A stretch of DNA of 28,555 bases from a virus (lineage: Duplodnaviria > Caudoviricetes): positions 1-28,555 of the IMG/VR virus record IMGVR_UViG_3300000756_000035; one strand, given 5' to 3'. The notes under the pieces were generated by a model. It was not told the origin of the DNA. It saw only the letters and a program-made list of their open reading frames with translations, and ran no database searches. This document shows, in pieces, positions 1 to 8,804 of this stretch (the stretch's first letter is position 1; the number at the start of each line of letters is the position of its first letter). Both the position numbers and the translations under genes were made by a program.

Positions 1-1590
1 GGTAGTATCTTCAGGAGCACTTTGTTCTTGAATTTGAAAATCCCAAATACCTCCTGCAGCAGAAGATATTCCATTCAATAGTTGGTATAACGCATCTTTT
101 ATAGAAAAATTCTTTGTTTCCATAATGCCTTTAACAAATTCCATATTTATATAAAGGTCATCTAAAAATCCATAAGATAATGCATCTTTATTTATTCGTT
201 CAATAGTTTTATCTTTCCCATATTGTATCTGTCCTTTACCTTCAACATTACCGGCTACTATCGCTTTGTTATATGGAAATAATACCGTTTTTGTTTCATA
301 TACTACCGAATTATTAATGATGCTAGTAAAATCTTTTTGAGTAACTCCTTCTGATGCTTGTAGTAATGAAAATTTGGGTGTGTTTGGATTTGGTATAAAT
401 AGTTTACTTTTATCAGTACTAAATATTTTTGGAAATGCATTACATACTGTATTTGCGGTGTTTACTTTTACACTAACTATTTTAGGACCTACTTTAAATG
501 CCTGGAAGCCGATTTTACTTAAAATTTCAGATAATGCTGAAAACTTTATAAACCCAGCATCACCAATCAATTCCGTGCCTTCCGGAATCTCCACAGTTTT
601 TGATATTGTTGCCTTTTTACCGGTTTTTGTCTTTCCGTCATCTTTTGTTTTGGCCCCTCCTCCAAATTTAATACCTAAAAAACTAGAACCTGCTAATTTA
701 GAATTCATTTTAGCTTTTACGTTTTCGTCCACATTTATAAAATTCAAAGGAGATGCGGTAATAACATCTTCTATTAAAGTATCGGCAACATCAACACTTT
801 GTTTATTTGTCGCTAATCTATTAAATGCCTGTTTAAATCTTTGTTTACCTAAATCCGCTTCATTATCTATTTCATATGACTCATACGTTTTTGTAGTTGT
901 AGTTTCACCATCCACCGGTTCGACATTATCAGCTGCCATAAGAAACGCCGGTAATTCTGTAAATCCCGTACATTTTACAGTAACTGTCCATTCTTGTCCA
1001 CTCATAGCAACACTTCCACCTGTTATAAATCCCAAATAATTATCATAATGACCACCAGCCGCTTTACGTTTATCATTAACAGCATCAAATGATTGGAATT
1101 CTCCAACAGTTTCTCCAGTTAATTTTTTAGTATATCCAGATACACCTTCTGCGGTATTCCATCCCCATTCTAAAAATATTGTATATCCAGGTTCTAGATA
1201 GTATTTACATATAGTATCCAATTGTGCTCTTGTGTAGCAGGTTATTGAAAATGTTGCTTTTCTAGAAAGAGCACCAGCTCCTTCATCAATTTCAATTGAA
1301 GTTATATTTGGTTTTGGTCTATATCCATGAAACTCGCCACCAGAAATAACATAATTATTAGACCAAGTAAGTCCAATTGTACCACTCATAGTACTATTTC
1401 CATATATAGACGGATAATTACCAAACAACTCCCAATTTGGATTTGATAGTATTTGACAACCACCCCCTACACCGGATGCAACTCTAACCCAAGCATTTAA
1501 GTTGGATACTTTGTAAATATCCCCCTTTCTAAGAGCTAGTTCATTTTGAACATACGGGGCAATATTTGAGAAATTTGGAAATGCTGACAT
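1..1590 (-). CDS. Putative baseplate hub protein (T4 gp27/VgrG-like), 3'-truncated by the window edge
   Basis: Not in the ORF track because it has no stop in the window. Manual translation from ATG at 1590 (MSAFPNFSNIAPYVQNELALRKGD...) stays open to base 1. It contains RPKPNITSIEI, SRKATFSITCY, YYLEPGYTIFLEWGW and LDDLYINMEF...LLNGISSAAGGIWDF, which I recognise from large-phage hub proteins. It lies directly after the LysM gene. Confidence 0.7.
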   Translation of the reverse strand, partial: MSAFPNFSNIAPYVQNELALRKGDIYKVSNLNAWVRVASGVGGGCQILSNPNWELFGNYPSIYGNSTMSGTIGLTWSNNYVISGGEFHGYRPKPNITSIEIDEGAGALSRKATFSITCYTRAQLDTICKYYLEPGYTIFLEWGWNTAEGVSGYTKKLTGETVGEFQSFDAVNDKRKAAGGHYDNYLGFITGGSVAMSGQEWTVTVKCTGFTELPAFLMAADNVEPVDGETTTTKTYESYEIDNEADLGKQRFKQAFNRLATNKQSVDVADTLIEDVITASPLNFINVDENVKAKMNSKLAGSSFLGIKFGGGAKTKDDGKTKTGKKATISKTVEIPEGTELIGDAGFIKFSALSEILSKIGFQAFKVGPKIVSVKVNTANTVCNAFPKIFSTDKSKLFIPNPNTPKFSLLQASEGVTQKDFTSIINNSVVYETKTVLFPYNKAIVAGNVEGKGQIQYGKDKTIERINKDALSYGFLDDLYINMEFVKGIMETKNFSIKDALYQLLNGISSAAGGIWDFQIQEQSAPEDTT

Positions 1591-1603
1591 AAACTTTATT
1601 TAA

Positions 1604-1894
1604 TTATTTTGTAAAATCCGATACTATTTCTATATAGTTTAATGGAATTCTTAGTACAGTTGCTTCTGGAAATCCTAAAGGTGCATCGTGTATATTATTT
1701 GCAGATGCTATAATCCACCAAAGAGTTGGGTCTTCGTAATATTGAAATGCCAATGTATCCAGTCTATCACCCAATTCGGTCATTACATAGACATCATCAT
1801 CTCTCAATGGGATATTAGGATATATTTTTGGTCTATATACCGTTCTACCATCGTGAGTTTTTTTAGTTTCTAAATTATAATATCTACTTTCCAT
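1604..1894 (-). CDS. LysM-fold baseplate wedge protein (T4 gp53 / P2 gpX-like)
   Basis: 96 aa with GDRLDTLAFQYYEDPTLWWIIASANNI...VLRIP, the typical baseplate LysM signature. Position between the tube-initiator-like gene and the hub fits. Confidence 0.85.
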   Translation of the reverse strand: MESRYYNLETKKTHDGRTVYRPKIYPNIPLRDDDVYVMTELGDRLDTLAFQYYEDPTLWWIIASANNIHDAPLGFPEATVLRIPLNYIEIVSDFTK

Positions 1895-1898
1895 ATTT

Positions 1899-4337
1899 TT
1901 AACTTATGTTATTACTTGCTGCGTATTCTTTGCCATCGTTACCAGTCCATCCAGATATTTTTGATTTATATCTAAGATATTCCTTCACACCAGCTTGGCC
2001 TATATAATTTGTCTTTCCATCTTCACCATATGTAGAATAGTTTCTAGTAAATTCTTGAGTTTGTATTAATTTACCATTAGCATAAACTTTTCCAGTCCAT
2101 GCATCAAAAGCATCATTTACTTCAATTTTATATGTTGGTGGCGGGTCTACTTTTGGTGCTGCTGTGTTTTCCATACCAGCTCCTGTTTTTGTAGATGTGG
2201 TTGATTGCGCCGGGTTGTTTACCGGAGCAGCTGCTGATACCGTATCTGCTTTTGGAAGCGTTGTATTTGCGGCCGCGGCAGCTTGTGCAGTACTTGCTTG
2301 TGTATTTGCATCCGCGGCAGTTTCGGCCTTAGGAATTGTAGCTTCGTTGCTTAATATTTTAGTTGTTTCTTTACCATCTTTATCTTTTCCTTTTGAAACT
2401 TCTCTTGGTAATTTATCAAATCCATATAAATACCCAGCTACCGTATTACTTCTAGATTCTACTAGGTTCAGCGTCACACTTACATCTATGATTTTAGGTA
2501 ATTTATAATTATCTATCGTAGTTGATTCACCATTTATTTCAAATTTAGCCCTATCATCCATACCAATCGGTCCTACTTCCCAAGTACTATTATCATCAAC
2601 GGTGTATGAAAGTTGTGAAATAAAGCATGTTTTATTTTTATATAAATTACCAATAGTAATCTTAATAAACGGTGCCATAACAGCTATACCACCATTATAT
2701 CCTTGTGGATACGCTAGTGATGTTAAAAAATTCAATCTTTGCCAAACTGCTATATGTTGCAATGGTGTAGTTGAATATACTTTAAAATTAAAAGATACAC
2801 TTCTTTCTATACCATTATAAGTCCAATATGGAAATGGAGAACCAATGAATTTAGCCGAATCCCAAGTTGGTGTTGTAGTTTCGGTAATACCGGATAGGGT
2901 TGCTCTAAAGTTTACGGATTTATTTTTTTGAATTGATGTAAATTTTAAAGTTATAAAATCATAATCATCAAGTGTATCACTACCTATTTTTAATTGAGTA
3001 CCATCGTATTGAGTTTTTTCATTTACAAAATCAGATTTATCCTTATTATCAATACCATATTTTGTTTTCAAAGTTACTTTAGGAGTTTGTCCATCTTTTA
3101 ATGATGAATATGTCTTGATAGTAACCCCCTGTCTTTCGGAGGCTGTTTCGTTTGTATTCATTGTAGATGTTGCCGCATTTAACGCATCCAATTTAGATGA
3201 TAAATCATTTCTTAATGCCACATCAGCTTGTGCTTCATCCACAGTATCCGAATACATAATCGGTGCAGATGCTTGCTCAGGTGGTACAGCTGGATTTATA
3301 TCTCCAATTTTTAATTTTCCGCCCGCTATTAAACTTTGTCCTTCTTTTCTAGCCGAAGATAACTTACCCGTTATAGAATCCGTTATAGAAGAAACTTTAC
3401 CACCTATATTAAATCTAGATGTATCTAAATTCAATTTCCCACCTAAATTTGGAGTAGGTATTGGTAAATCTTTTGGAGTTATTTTTAATTTACTATTATC
3501 TAAAAATTTGTTTACCGCATTTGCTTGGGTTTGCTTTTTACCATTTATTTTTTCAAAATGAATACTTGATAAATCATTTCTTTTATATACATCTTCATCC
3601 GATGCATTTACAGTATCTGAGTATTTACCCGAACTATCGTATTGTACTTCGGTTGCACTTTTACCTGCTAAGTTTTGTGCTCCCTGTTTAGGTGCTCCAA
3701 ATAATTTTTTCTTTATTTCTCCTTTAAGTAAATCTATCCCAGCTCCTAATATTTGATTACCAATTTGTTTTGGAGTTCCTTTTGCATTATTCTTTAAAAG
3801 TTGTCCAACTAAATTACCTTTTGAATCTCCTTTTATTTTAGCAAGAGTAATCATTGTATCCGGTTCTTTGCCTGATTTGAAATCTGAGTTTAACGAAATC
3901 TTTGTTGGTATAGTTGATTCAGGAAATGCAATACCCAATTTACTTGCAATATTTAATCCAAAGTTTTCTGCTTTTTTAAGAAGATTGCCAACAATACCTG
4001 CATCTTGAGAATTATTTGTATTAACACTATCCTTCATTATTTCAACAAGTCTAGTGGATTTCTTTTGAAATCTAAATATATCAGTACCATATGTTATTGG
4101 TGCTGATAGTGTATTTAAGATTCTCAATCCACTTGTTTCTTCTTCAATTCTACTTTCTCCCTTAGTTGTTGATATCTTTTGTCTAATTGCGGTTGCTGCT
4201 TTAAATGACAGCCCTAATGCACCTACCGGTGTTGTAATGGGCAAATCTTTACTATTACGGATATCATATTTCTGTTCAGCCGTATTACCATCACTTAATA
4301 CTTTGGTCCTAAATAGTTCTTCTATTGTTTTACCCAT
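1899..4337 (-). CDS. Tail tube initiator / baseplate-tube junction protein (gp48/gp54- or CIS-tube-like domain) with long N- and C-terminal extensions
   Basis: 812 aa. The central region FRATLSGITETTTPTWDSAKFIGSPFPYWTYNGIERSVSFNFKVY...APFIKITIGNLY...FISQLSYTVDDNSTWE resembles tube-fold initiator domains. It directly follows the tape measure gene. Confidence 0.65.
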   Translation of the reverse strand: MGKTIEELFRTKVLSDGNTAEQKYDIRNSKDLPITTPVGALGLSFKAATAIRQKISTTKGESRIEEETSGLRILNTLSAPITYGTDIFRFQKKSTRLVEIMKDSVNTNNSQDAGIVGNLLKKAENFGLNIASKLGIAFPESTIPTKISLNSDFKSGKEPDTMITLAKIKGDSKGNLVGQLLKNNAKGTPKQIGNQILGAGIDLLKGEIKKKLFGAPKQGAQNLAGKSATEVQYDSSGKYSDTVNASDEDVYKRNDLSSIHFEKINGKKQTQANAVNKFLDNSKLKITPKDLPIPTPNLGGKLNLDTSRFNIGGKVSSITDSITGKLSSARKEGQSLIAGGKLKIGDINPAVPPEQASAPIMYSDTVDEAQADVALRNDLSSKLDALNAATSTMNTNETASERQGVTIKTYSSLKDGQTPKVTLKTKYGIDNKDKSDFVNEKTQYDGTQLKIGSDTLDDYDFITLKFTSIQKNKSVNFRATLSGITETTTPTWDSAKFIGSPFPYWTYNGIERSVSFNFKVYSTTPLQHIAVWQRLNFLTSLAYPQGYNGGIAVMAPFIKITIGNLYKNKTCFISQLSYTVDDNSTWEVGPIGMDDRAKFEINGESTTIDNYKLPKIIDVSVTLNLVESRSNTVAGYLYGFDKLPREVSKGKDKDGKETTKILSNEATIPKAETAADANTQASTAQAAAAANTTLPKADTVSAAAPVNNPAQSTTSTKTGAGMENTAAPKVDPPPTYKIEVNDAFDAWTGKVYANGKLIQTQEFTRNYSTYGEDGKTNYIGQAGVKEYLRYKSKISGWTGNDGKEYAASNNIS

Positions 4338-4339
4338 CT

Positions 4340-6883
4340 TTATTGTTTAGCGTATGAATTTGTACTACCTTTAGCAACTACCGCTGATATTTTTGATGTA
4401 ACTTTTTGTCCATCCATATGAACTGATATTTTACCAGCATTTAAATCCGCTCTTAATCCTTTTATTTCACTAATTAATTCTGCAGTACTATCCGTCTTTC
4501 CTCCACCTTCATCACCGCCAATTCCTAATAAACTACCAATGCCAACCGCAACTGCTCCAACTGCCGATATTGCCAATAAACCAGGCAATGCAAATATACC
4601 TGCTATACCAACTGCGGTAAGTGATGCTGCTAATCCTAACATAGCCAATGATAATGCCGCGATTGCTGGAATAAATGTTATCATAGAAGATATTGCCGTT
4701 CCAACTGCAGTTAAGTTTGGAACTAACGTTGTGATACCTGCTCCCAACATTTGAAATCCAGTTCCTATTGCTTGTAATGCTATACCCAATACTAATACCG
4801 ATGCTGCTACAATTAACATTGCGGCTGCTCCTGCTAATATTGCGATTGCACCAACTCCACTACTCATTATAGCTCCTAATAAAGCAACTGCACCCACTAA
4901 TGCCAACATAGATACAACAGCCATACCAATCGATTCCCAACTAACTTTCATAAATTCCTGAACTGCCTTAGCGAATACAAAAACAGCTGCTGCTACTATT
5001 AGCATAGCTGCAGCTCCTTTAAGTACTTCACTCATTTTTATTTTGCCCATAGATTCCATAAGACCACCCTTTTTATTCACATCACCACCGGTGTCCGTTT
5101 TTGGCATTTCTATACCTCCCAATTTATCTTCAGCAATACTGCCCAATTTATCTTCAGCAATACTGCCCAATTTATCTTCAGCAATACCACCCAATTTATC
5201 TTTTACCGCGTCAGTAGCTTTTTCTTGTATAGATGCGGTTGCCGCGTCTGCAATTCCACCGGTAGCCCCTACTGCGGATTCTAATGCCTTTCCTTTTATT
5301 AAATTTTTAACCCATTCAAACGCTTGTTTGGCCATACCACCCATATTAATACCCATATCTTTCAACATAGGACTCATCTGACCCATTGCAATTAAACTAC
5401 TACCAAATGTTTTAGCCATACCAGCCAATGGTCCAGTTACAAATGCTGTAGTTCCTTCCCAGAAAGTACTCCATTTGGAAACACTAGCTTCACCATTCTC
5501 AGATATCTTATCAGAATTCGCTGCCATCTTTTGAAACTCATCAACTGATAATCCCAGTAGTTCTGCGGCTTTTCTCTTTTGAAAAATATCCATTTTATTA
5601 AACGCCTCAATACCACCTAATTGATTTAATGTTTCTTTTACAGCACCAGTCATATTTCCTTCATATGCCAGCCCTCTTGCTCTATCTAAGTTAAGTTGCT
5701 TACCCATCATAGCCCCCAATTCCATCTCATTATTAATAGAGGTTTCAAAGTCTAATAAGCTATCACTTACTTTTGTCATTGAATCCATACTAACCCCCAT
5801 CTTAGCGGCTGCTACTGCGGCTATAGTCATATTCAATCCACCATTCTTACCATATTCTGCAAATGCTTTTGTTGAACCAGCCACATCCTTCATTAAAGAA
5901 TCAATTGGAACACCGGCAGCTTTACCCAACGCTTTTGTAGTTGCTGCCATATCCATGGCAGTTGTAGCAGAGCCTTCGTTCATTCTTGCAAAGTTACCAA
6001 CTACATTTGCGGCTTCAGCTCCACTAATGCCCATATTAGTGGCCATTAAGTTGGTATTCAACTGAGTACTAAATGATACATCTTTTAATCCACCAAATTC
6101 TTTAGATAGTCCTTTTGTAACTTCCTCCGCATCTTTAAATGCAAATCCTAAAGCAACTGATGATATTTGTGCGGAATCCACATATCCTCCAAAACTCCTA
6201 ACACTCTTACCCCACTTATCCAAACCAAACCCAACACCAATAATTGCAGCACCCATAGCACCCTTTAAATTGGATGTCAATAAACTGGCCGTTTCCAATA
6301 CTCCACCAATTGCATCTTTTATACCATCATATACCGCTATTTGCTTTCCTAAAAAATCTTTTTGGGTTTTTGTCATTTTCCCATAATTCTTAGCCAGCGT
6401 ATTTTGTTCTTTTAAGTTTTCAATAATTTTTTTATCTTCTTCACTCATGTTACCCAAGCTAGCTTGGATTTCTTTATATTCTTGGTTTAAAGCAGCATGA
6501 CCGGCTATATCATCCACTGTTAATTGGGAAATACTTCTATTAATTTCAGCCATTTTATTCAATGAAGCGGTTTGCTCCATTGTTAAATCTTTTGAAGTAA
6601 ATGTATTTTTAATTCTTTCTTTTTCAAATTTATTTAGATTTTGATATAGACCACTCATACTACCGAGTGAACTTTCCGCACTCTTTAATCCATCTAACCT
6701 AGTTTGATTTAGTTTTCTAATTATTTTAAGTTGCTCTGCTGCCAAATCTCTTTGAGCCTTTATTTGAACGGTCATATCCGCACCGGTTCGTAGTGCTTCC
6801 TGTTCAAGGGCCTGTTGGTCCCGTCTAGCTCTTGCAAAAGCTAATACAGCATCTTTCTTTTGTTTATCTAAATTTTCCGCCAT
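4340..6883 (-). CDS. Tape measure protein
   Basis: 847 aa, Ala/Gly/Met-rich and helical, with an N-terminal coiled coil, LLDFETSINNEMELGAMMGKQLNLDRARGLA and KAAELLGLSVDEFQKM motifs, a hydrophobic C-terminal third and a VHMDGQKV-type end. It lies downstream of the tube and chaperone genes. Confidence 0.88.
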   Translation of the reverse strand: MAENLDKQKKDAVLAFARARRDQQALEQEALRTGADMTVQIKAQRDLAAEQLKIIRKLNQTRLDGLKSAESSLGSMSGLYQNLNKFEKERIKNTFTSKDLTMEQTASLNKMAEINRSISQLTVDDIAGHAALNQEYKEIQASLGNMSEEDKKIIENLKEQNTLAKNYGKMTKTQKDFLGKQIAVYDGIKDAIGGVLETASLLTSNLKGAMGAAIIGVGFGLDKWGKSVRSFGGYVDSAQISSVALGFAFKDAEEVTKGLSKEFGGLKDVSFSTQLNTNLMATNMGISGAEAANVVGNFARMNEGSATTAMDMAATTKALGKAAGVPIDSLMKDVAGSTKAFAEYGKNGGLNMTIAAVAAAKMGVSMDSMTKVSDSLLDFETSINNEMELGAMMGKQLNLDRARGLAYEGNMTGAVKETLNQLGGIEAFNKMDIFQKRKAAELLGLSVDEFQKMAANSDKISENGEASVSKWSTFWEGTTAFVTGPLAGMAKTFGSSLIAMGQMSPMLKDMGINMGGMAKQAFEWVKNLIKGKALESAVGATGGIADAATASIQEKATDAVKDKLGGIAEDKLGSIAEDKLGSIAEDKLGGIEMPKTDTGGDVNKKGGLMESMGKIKMSEVLKGAAAMLIVAAAVFVFAKAVQEFMKVSWESIGMAVVSMLALVGAVALLGAIMSSGVGAIAILAGAAAMLIVAASVLVLGIALQAIGTGFQMLGAGITTLVPNLTAVGTAISSMITFIPAIAALSLAMLGLAASLTAVGIAGIFALPGLLAISAVGAVAVGIGSLLGIGGDEGGGKTDSTAELISEIKGLRADLNAGKISVHMDGQKVTSKISAVVAKGSTNSYAKQ
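5118..5202. repeat. In-frame 24-bp tandem repeat (about 3.5 copies) in the tape measure gene, encoding (IAEDKLGS)n
   Basis: Unit cccaatttatcttcagcaatactg at 5118 and 5142, a near-copy at 5166 and a partial copy at 5190. Confidence 0.95.
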
Positions 6884-6891
6884 TTATGGAA

Positions 6892-7107
6892 TTATTTTGA
6901 ATACTTTTGTATTAATTTGGTAAGAGTATCCCTTTCCTTTTCAATTCTTTCCATAGCATCAATTACATCTGGTGGAAATTTATTTTCTTTTGCTTGGTCC
7001 AATGCTTTATTTATTGCATTTTGTTTTAAACCATCAAAAAATGCATCAGTAAATTTCTTAGCTGAACTGAATAACCCTTCTTTTATTGGTTGTTTTTCTT
7101 TTGACAT
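6892..7107 (-). CDS. Hypothetical 71-aa helical protein upstream of the tape measure gene
   Basis: ATG start and TAA stop, 8 nt from the tape measure start. Preceded by the recurrent ATATTTATA motif. Confidence 0.75.
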   Translation of the reverse strand: MSKEKQPIKEGLFSSAKKFTDAFFDGLKQNAINKALDQAKENKFPPDVIDAMERIEKERDTLTKLIQKYSK

Positions 7108-7126
7108 AGTATATCCATTTATATTG

Positions 7127-7135
7127 TATAAATAT
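7127..7135 (-). promoter_or_regulatory. Putative late promoter motif ATATTTATA
   Basis: 19 nt upstream of ATG 7107. The 17-mer at 7119-7135 is identical to 11681-11697. Confidence 0.6.
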
Positions 7136-7143
7136 TGGATAAT

Positions 7144-7174
7144 AAAAAAGTGAGGATTAACGCATCCTCACTTT
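7144..7174 (-). terminator. Intrinsic terminator overlapping the stop codon of the chaperone extension ORF
   Basis: Sense strand AAAGTGAGGAT-gcgtta-ATCCTCACTTT followed by TTTATT: an 11-bp stem with a U-tract. Confidence 0.8.
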
Positions 7175-7360
7175 CGATTTACTTTGAGCTTTTTTCATCT
7201 CCTCAGCTTCTTTTTTCTTTAAGTCTATTAATTTATTGAAATAAAACCTTCTTAAATATACAGGCATATGGTAAACCTCAGACCAAGTAAATCCATTACT
7301 GAATTGAACCATTTCCCAAATTTGAGAATGTAATTGTATCCTATAATCAAGCGGTAGGGT
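7157..7360 (-). CDS. Tail assembly chaperone C-terminal extension (lambda gpT / T4-like gp51 equivalent), probably made by frameshifting
   Basis: Not in the ORF track. The +1 frame after the U7 run reads TLPLDYRIQLHSQIWEMVQFSNGFTWSEVYHMPVYLRRFYFNKLIDLKKKEAEEMKKAQSKSKVRMR*. The W-x-E-V-x-x-M-P-x-x-x-R pattern is typical of second chaperone segments. An in-frame ATG at 7312 would give a 51-aa stand-alone product. Confidence 0.75.
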   Translation of the reverse strand, partial: TLPLDYRIQLHSQIWEMVQFSNGFTWSEVYHMPVYLRRFYFNKLIDLKKKEAEEMKKAQSKSKVRMR

Positions 7361-8156
7361 AAAAAAAGTTAATCCCGAAGGGTATATCCAACGCCTCCGA
7401 TTCGCCAGTTATTTGTGATATAAATTCGAATTTTAAATCCATATCAGGACTTATTTCCTTAACATATTTTCTAAATGCTTTAGTATCTTTTGCTAAAAAT
7501 CCATTAACAACCCATTTATTGACAAATCCTCTATCACTATTACCATCAACCGATTTAATCATATATTTAAATCTAGTTGTCACATCAAATGAAGATTGTG
7601 AACTCTTATTTAATTTTTCTAATGCCTGAATTTCTTTTGCTATCTCTTGCTCATCACCATGCGTAAGTAATTTAAACTCAAGTTTAGTTCCTTTTGATGG
7701 TAATGTAAATTGATAAACATTCTTTGAATTTAAAATATCTACATCTATATCTTTTGTCTGTACTTTACCCAAATCAATGGTTACTTTTTGAGTTTCTAAA
7801 GTAAATGGGTCTGTCATCTCTACTTCATAATCAGCTCCATATCCTAAAATACGAGTTGCTAGTAAAATAGCGTTCTTATCACCAACATAGATATCATTTG
7901 GGTTTACACCTGGTTCAACTACAACCGATTCAAATAACTTATCTAATACAATACCTTTTTTAATAAGGTTTTGAGATGCTAAGATATCTTCCTCTCTTGC
8001 TGTCATATATTTTATCTCACAAGTACCCTTTCTTAAAGGATGTCCTTCAGGATATACTAATCCTTGAGATGGTAATTCGATAACTTCCGTTGGGAAATCA
8101 GTTTGTTTTGGTGCGGTCTGATGTTGCACTTGTTGGATATTTGTCATTTCTGCCAT
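7347..8156 (-). CDS. Tail assembly chaperone / T4 gp26-like baseplate hub assembly protein
   Basis: 269 aa with FPTEVIELPSQGLVYP, IKYMTAREEDIL, GDKNAILLATRILGYGADY and a terminal IPFGINFF. It sits between the tube and tape measure genes. Confidence 0.8.
   Translation of the reverse strand: MAEMTNIQQVQHQTAPKQTDFPTEVIELPSQGLVYPEGHPLRKGTCEIKYMTAREEDILASQNLIKKGIVLDKLFESVVVEPGVNPNDIYVGDKNAILLATRILGYGADYEVEMTDPFTLETQKVTIDLGKVQTKDIDVDILNSKNVYQFTLPSKGTKLEFKLLTHGDEQEIAKEIQALEKLNKSSQSSFDVTTRFKYMIKSVDGNSDRGFVNKWVVNGFLAKDTKAFRKYVKEISPDMDLKFEFISQITGESEALDIPFGINFFYPTA
7361..7367 (-). other. Candidate slippery site AAC UUU UUU U(AC)
   Basis: Seven consecutive T on the sense strand, four codons before the TGA stop. 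It links frame 0 to the protein-like +1 frame. Confidence 0.6.
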
Positions 8157-8180
8157 AACGTTGTTTATTTTGTTTGTATA

Positions 8181-8188
8181 TATAAATA
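8181..8188 (-). promoter_or_regulatory. Putative late promoter motif TATTTATA
   Basis: 24 nt upstream of ATG 8156 and downstream of the tube terminator. Confidence 0.55.
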
Positions 8189-8215
8189 CATAGAATTTAA
8201 AAAATTAGAAAGCAT

Positions 8216-8245
8216 AAAAAAAGGGGATTCTTTTGAAATCCCCTT
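8216..8245 (-). terminator. Intrinsic terminator after the tail tube gene
   Basis: Sense strand AAGGGGATT-tcaaaag-AATCCCCTT-TTTTT, starting 18 nt after the tube stop codon. Confidence 0.85.
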
Positions 8246-8263
8246 ATTTTTGTTATTTTTAGA

Positions 8264-8752
8264 TTAGAATTCAAGAATTGCGTAATCGTAAGATAATGTT
8301 AATTCAATTGTTGCAACTTCATTTGAATCGAATGATAAATCTCCAAAGTTTGCTTGAGAGATAAATGCACCTTTCAATTTCCATTGTTCAATCTTATCAC
8401 CAACTGGTCCTAATAGATAAAAATCAATATCTTTCTTATAGAAATCAGCGTATCCATCTCTACCAGTGATTGATTCATGTCCTAAACGAATCCACTCCAT
8501 TACCGCTTGTGCTCCAGAAGGAACGATTGGGTCATAAAGTGTGATAGTGATATCTTGCCACTCACCTTTACCTTTTAACTTTCTCTTTACGTTGATATGG
8601 TCTAAAGTTACGGTTTCAAATTGAATTGTAGGTCTATTTGCTGCCTTTACAAGATATGAAGGGATAGTATCTATCTCCATCACATATCTATTTTTCATTT
8701 TGGGTTCGAAGTTCGTATAGAACATCTTATCAAACTCTAATATTTCTGCCAT
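8264..8752 (-). CDS. Tail tube protein (T4 gp19-like)
   Basis: 162 aa with FEPKMKNRY, KGKGEWQDITITLYDPI, VMEW, YKKDI, EQWKLKGAF and IELTLSYDYA. It directly follows the sheath gene. Confidence 0.93.
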   Translation of the reverse strand: MAEILEFDKMFYTNFEPKMKNRYVMEIDTIPSYLVKAANRPTIQFETVTLDHINVKRKLKGKGEWQDITITLYDPIVPSGAQAVMEWIRLGHESITGRDGYADFYKKDIDFYLLGPVGDKIEQWKLKGAFISQANFGDLSFDSNEVATIELTLSYDYAILEF

Positions 8753-8775
8753 TTTTTATTCCTTTTATTTGTATT

Positions 8776-8784
8776 AATAAATAT
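8776..8784 (-). promoter_or_regulatory. Variant late promoter motif ATATTTATT
   Basis: One mismatch to the recurrent motif, 23 nt upstream of tube ATG 8752. Confidence 0.45.
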
Positions 8785-8804
8785 CTACTTTATTGATTTT
8801 CGTA

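Noticed and set aside
394-401. Intragenic copies of TATAAATA/TATTTATA (also near 2425, 12305, 19621, 26309, 28323) as promoters
   Set aside because: They lie inside coding regions, lack the extra conserved base and are not positioned before a start codon. Some copies are expected by chance in AT-rich DNA.
374-1039. 221-aa plus-strand ORF
   Set aside because: It is antisense to the open 1-1590 minus-strand hub frame and has no recognisable motifs.
5118-5202. CRISPR array (also considered for the recurring motifs at 22700-24145)
   Set aside because: The units are head-to-tail or embedded in low-complexity coding sequence, stay in frame, have no unique spacers, and no cas genes are present.
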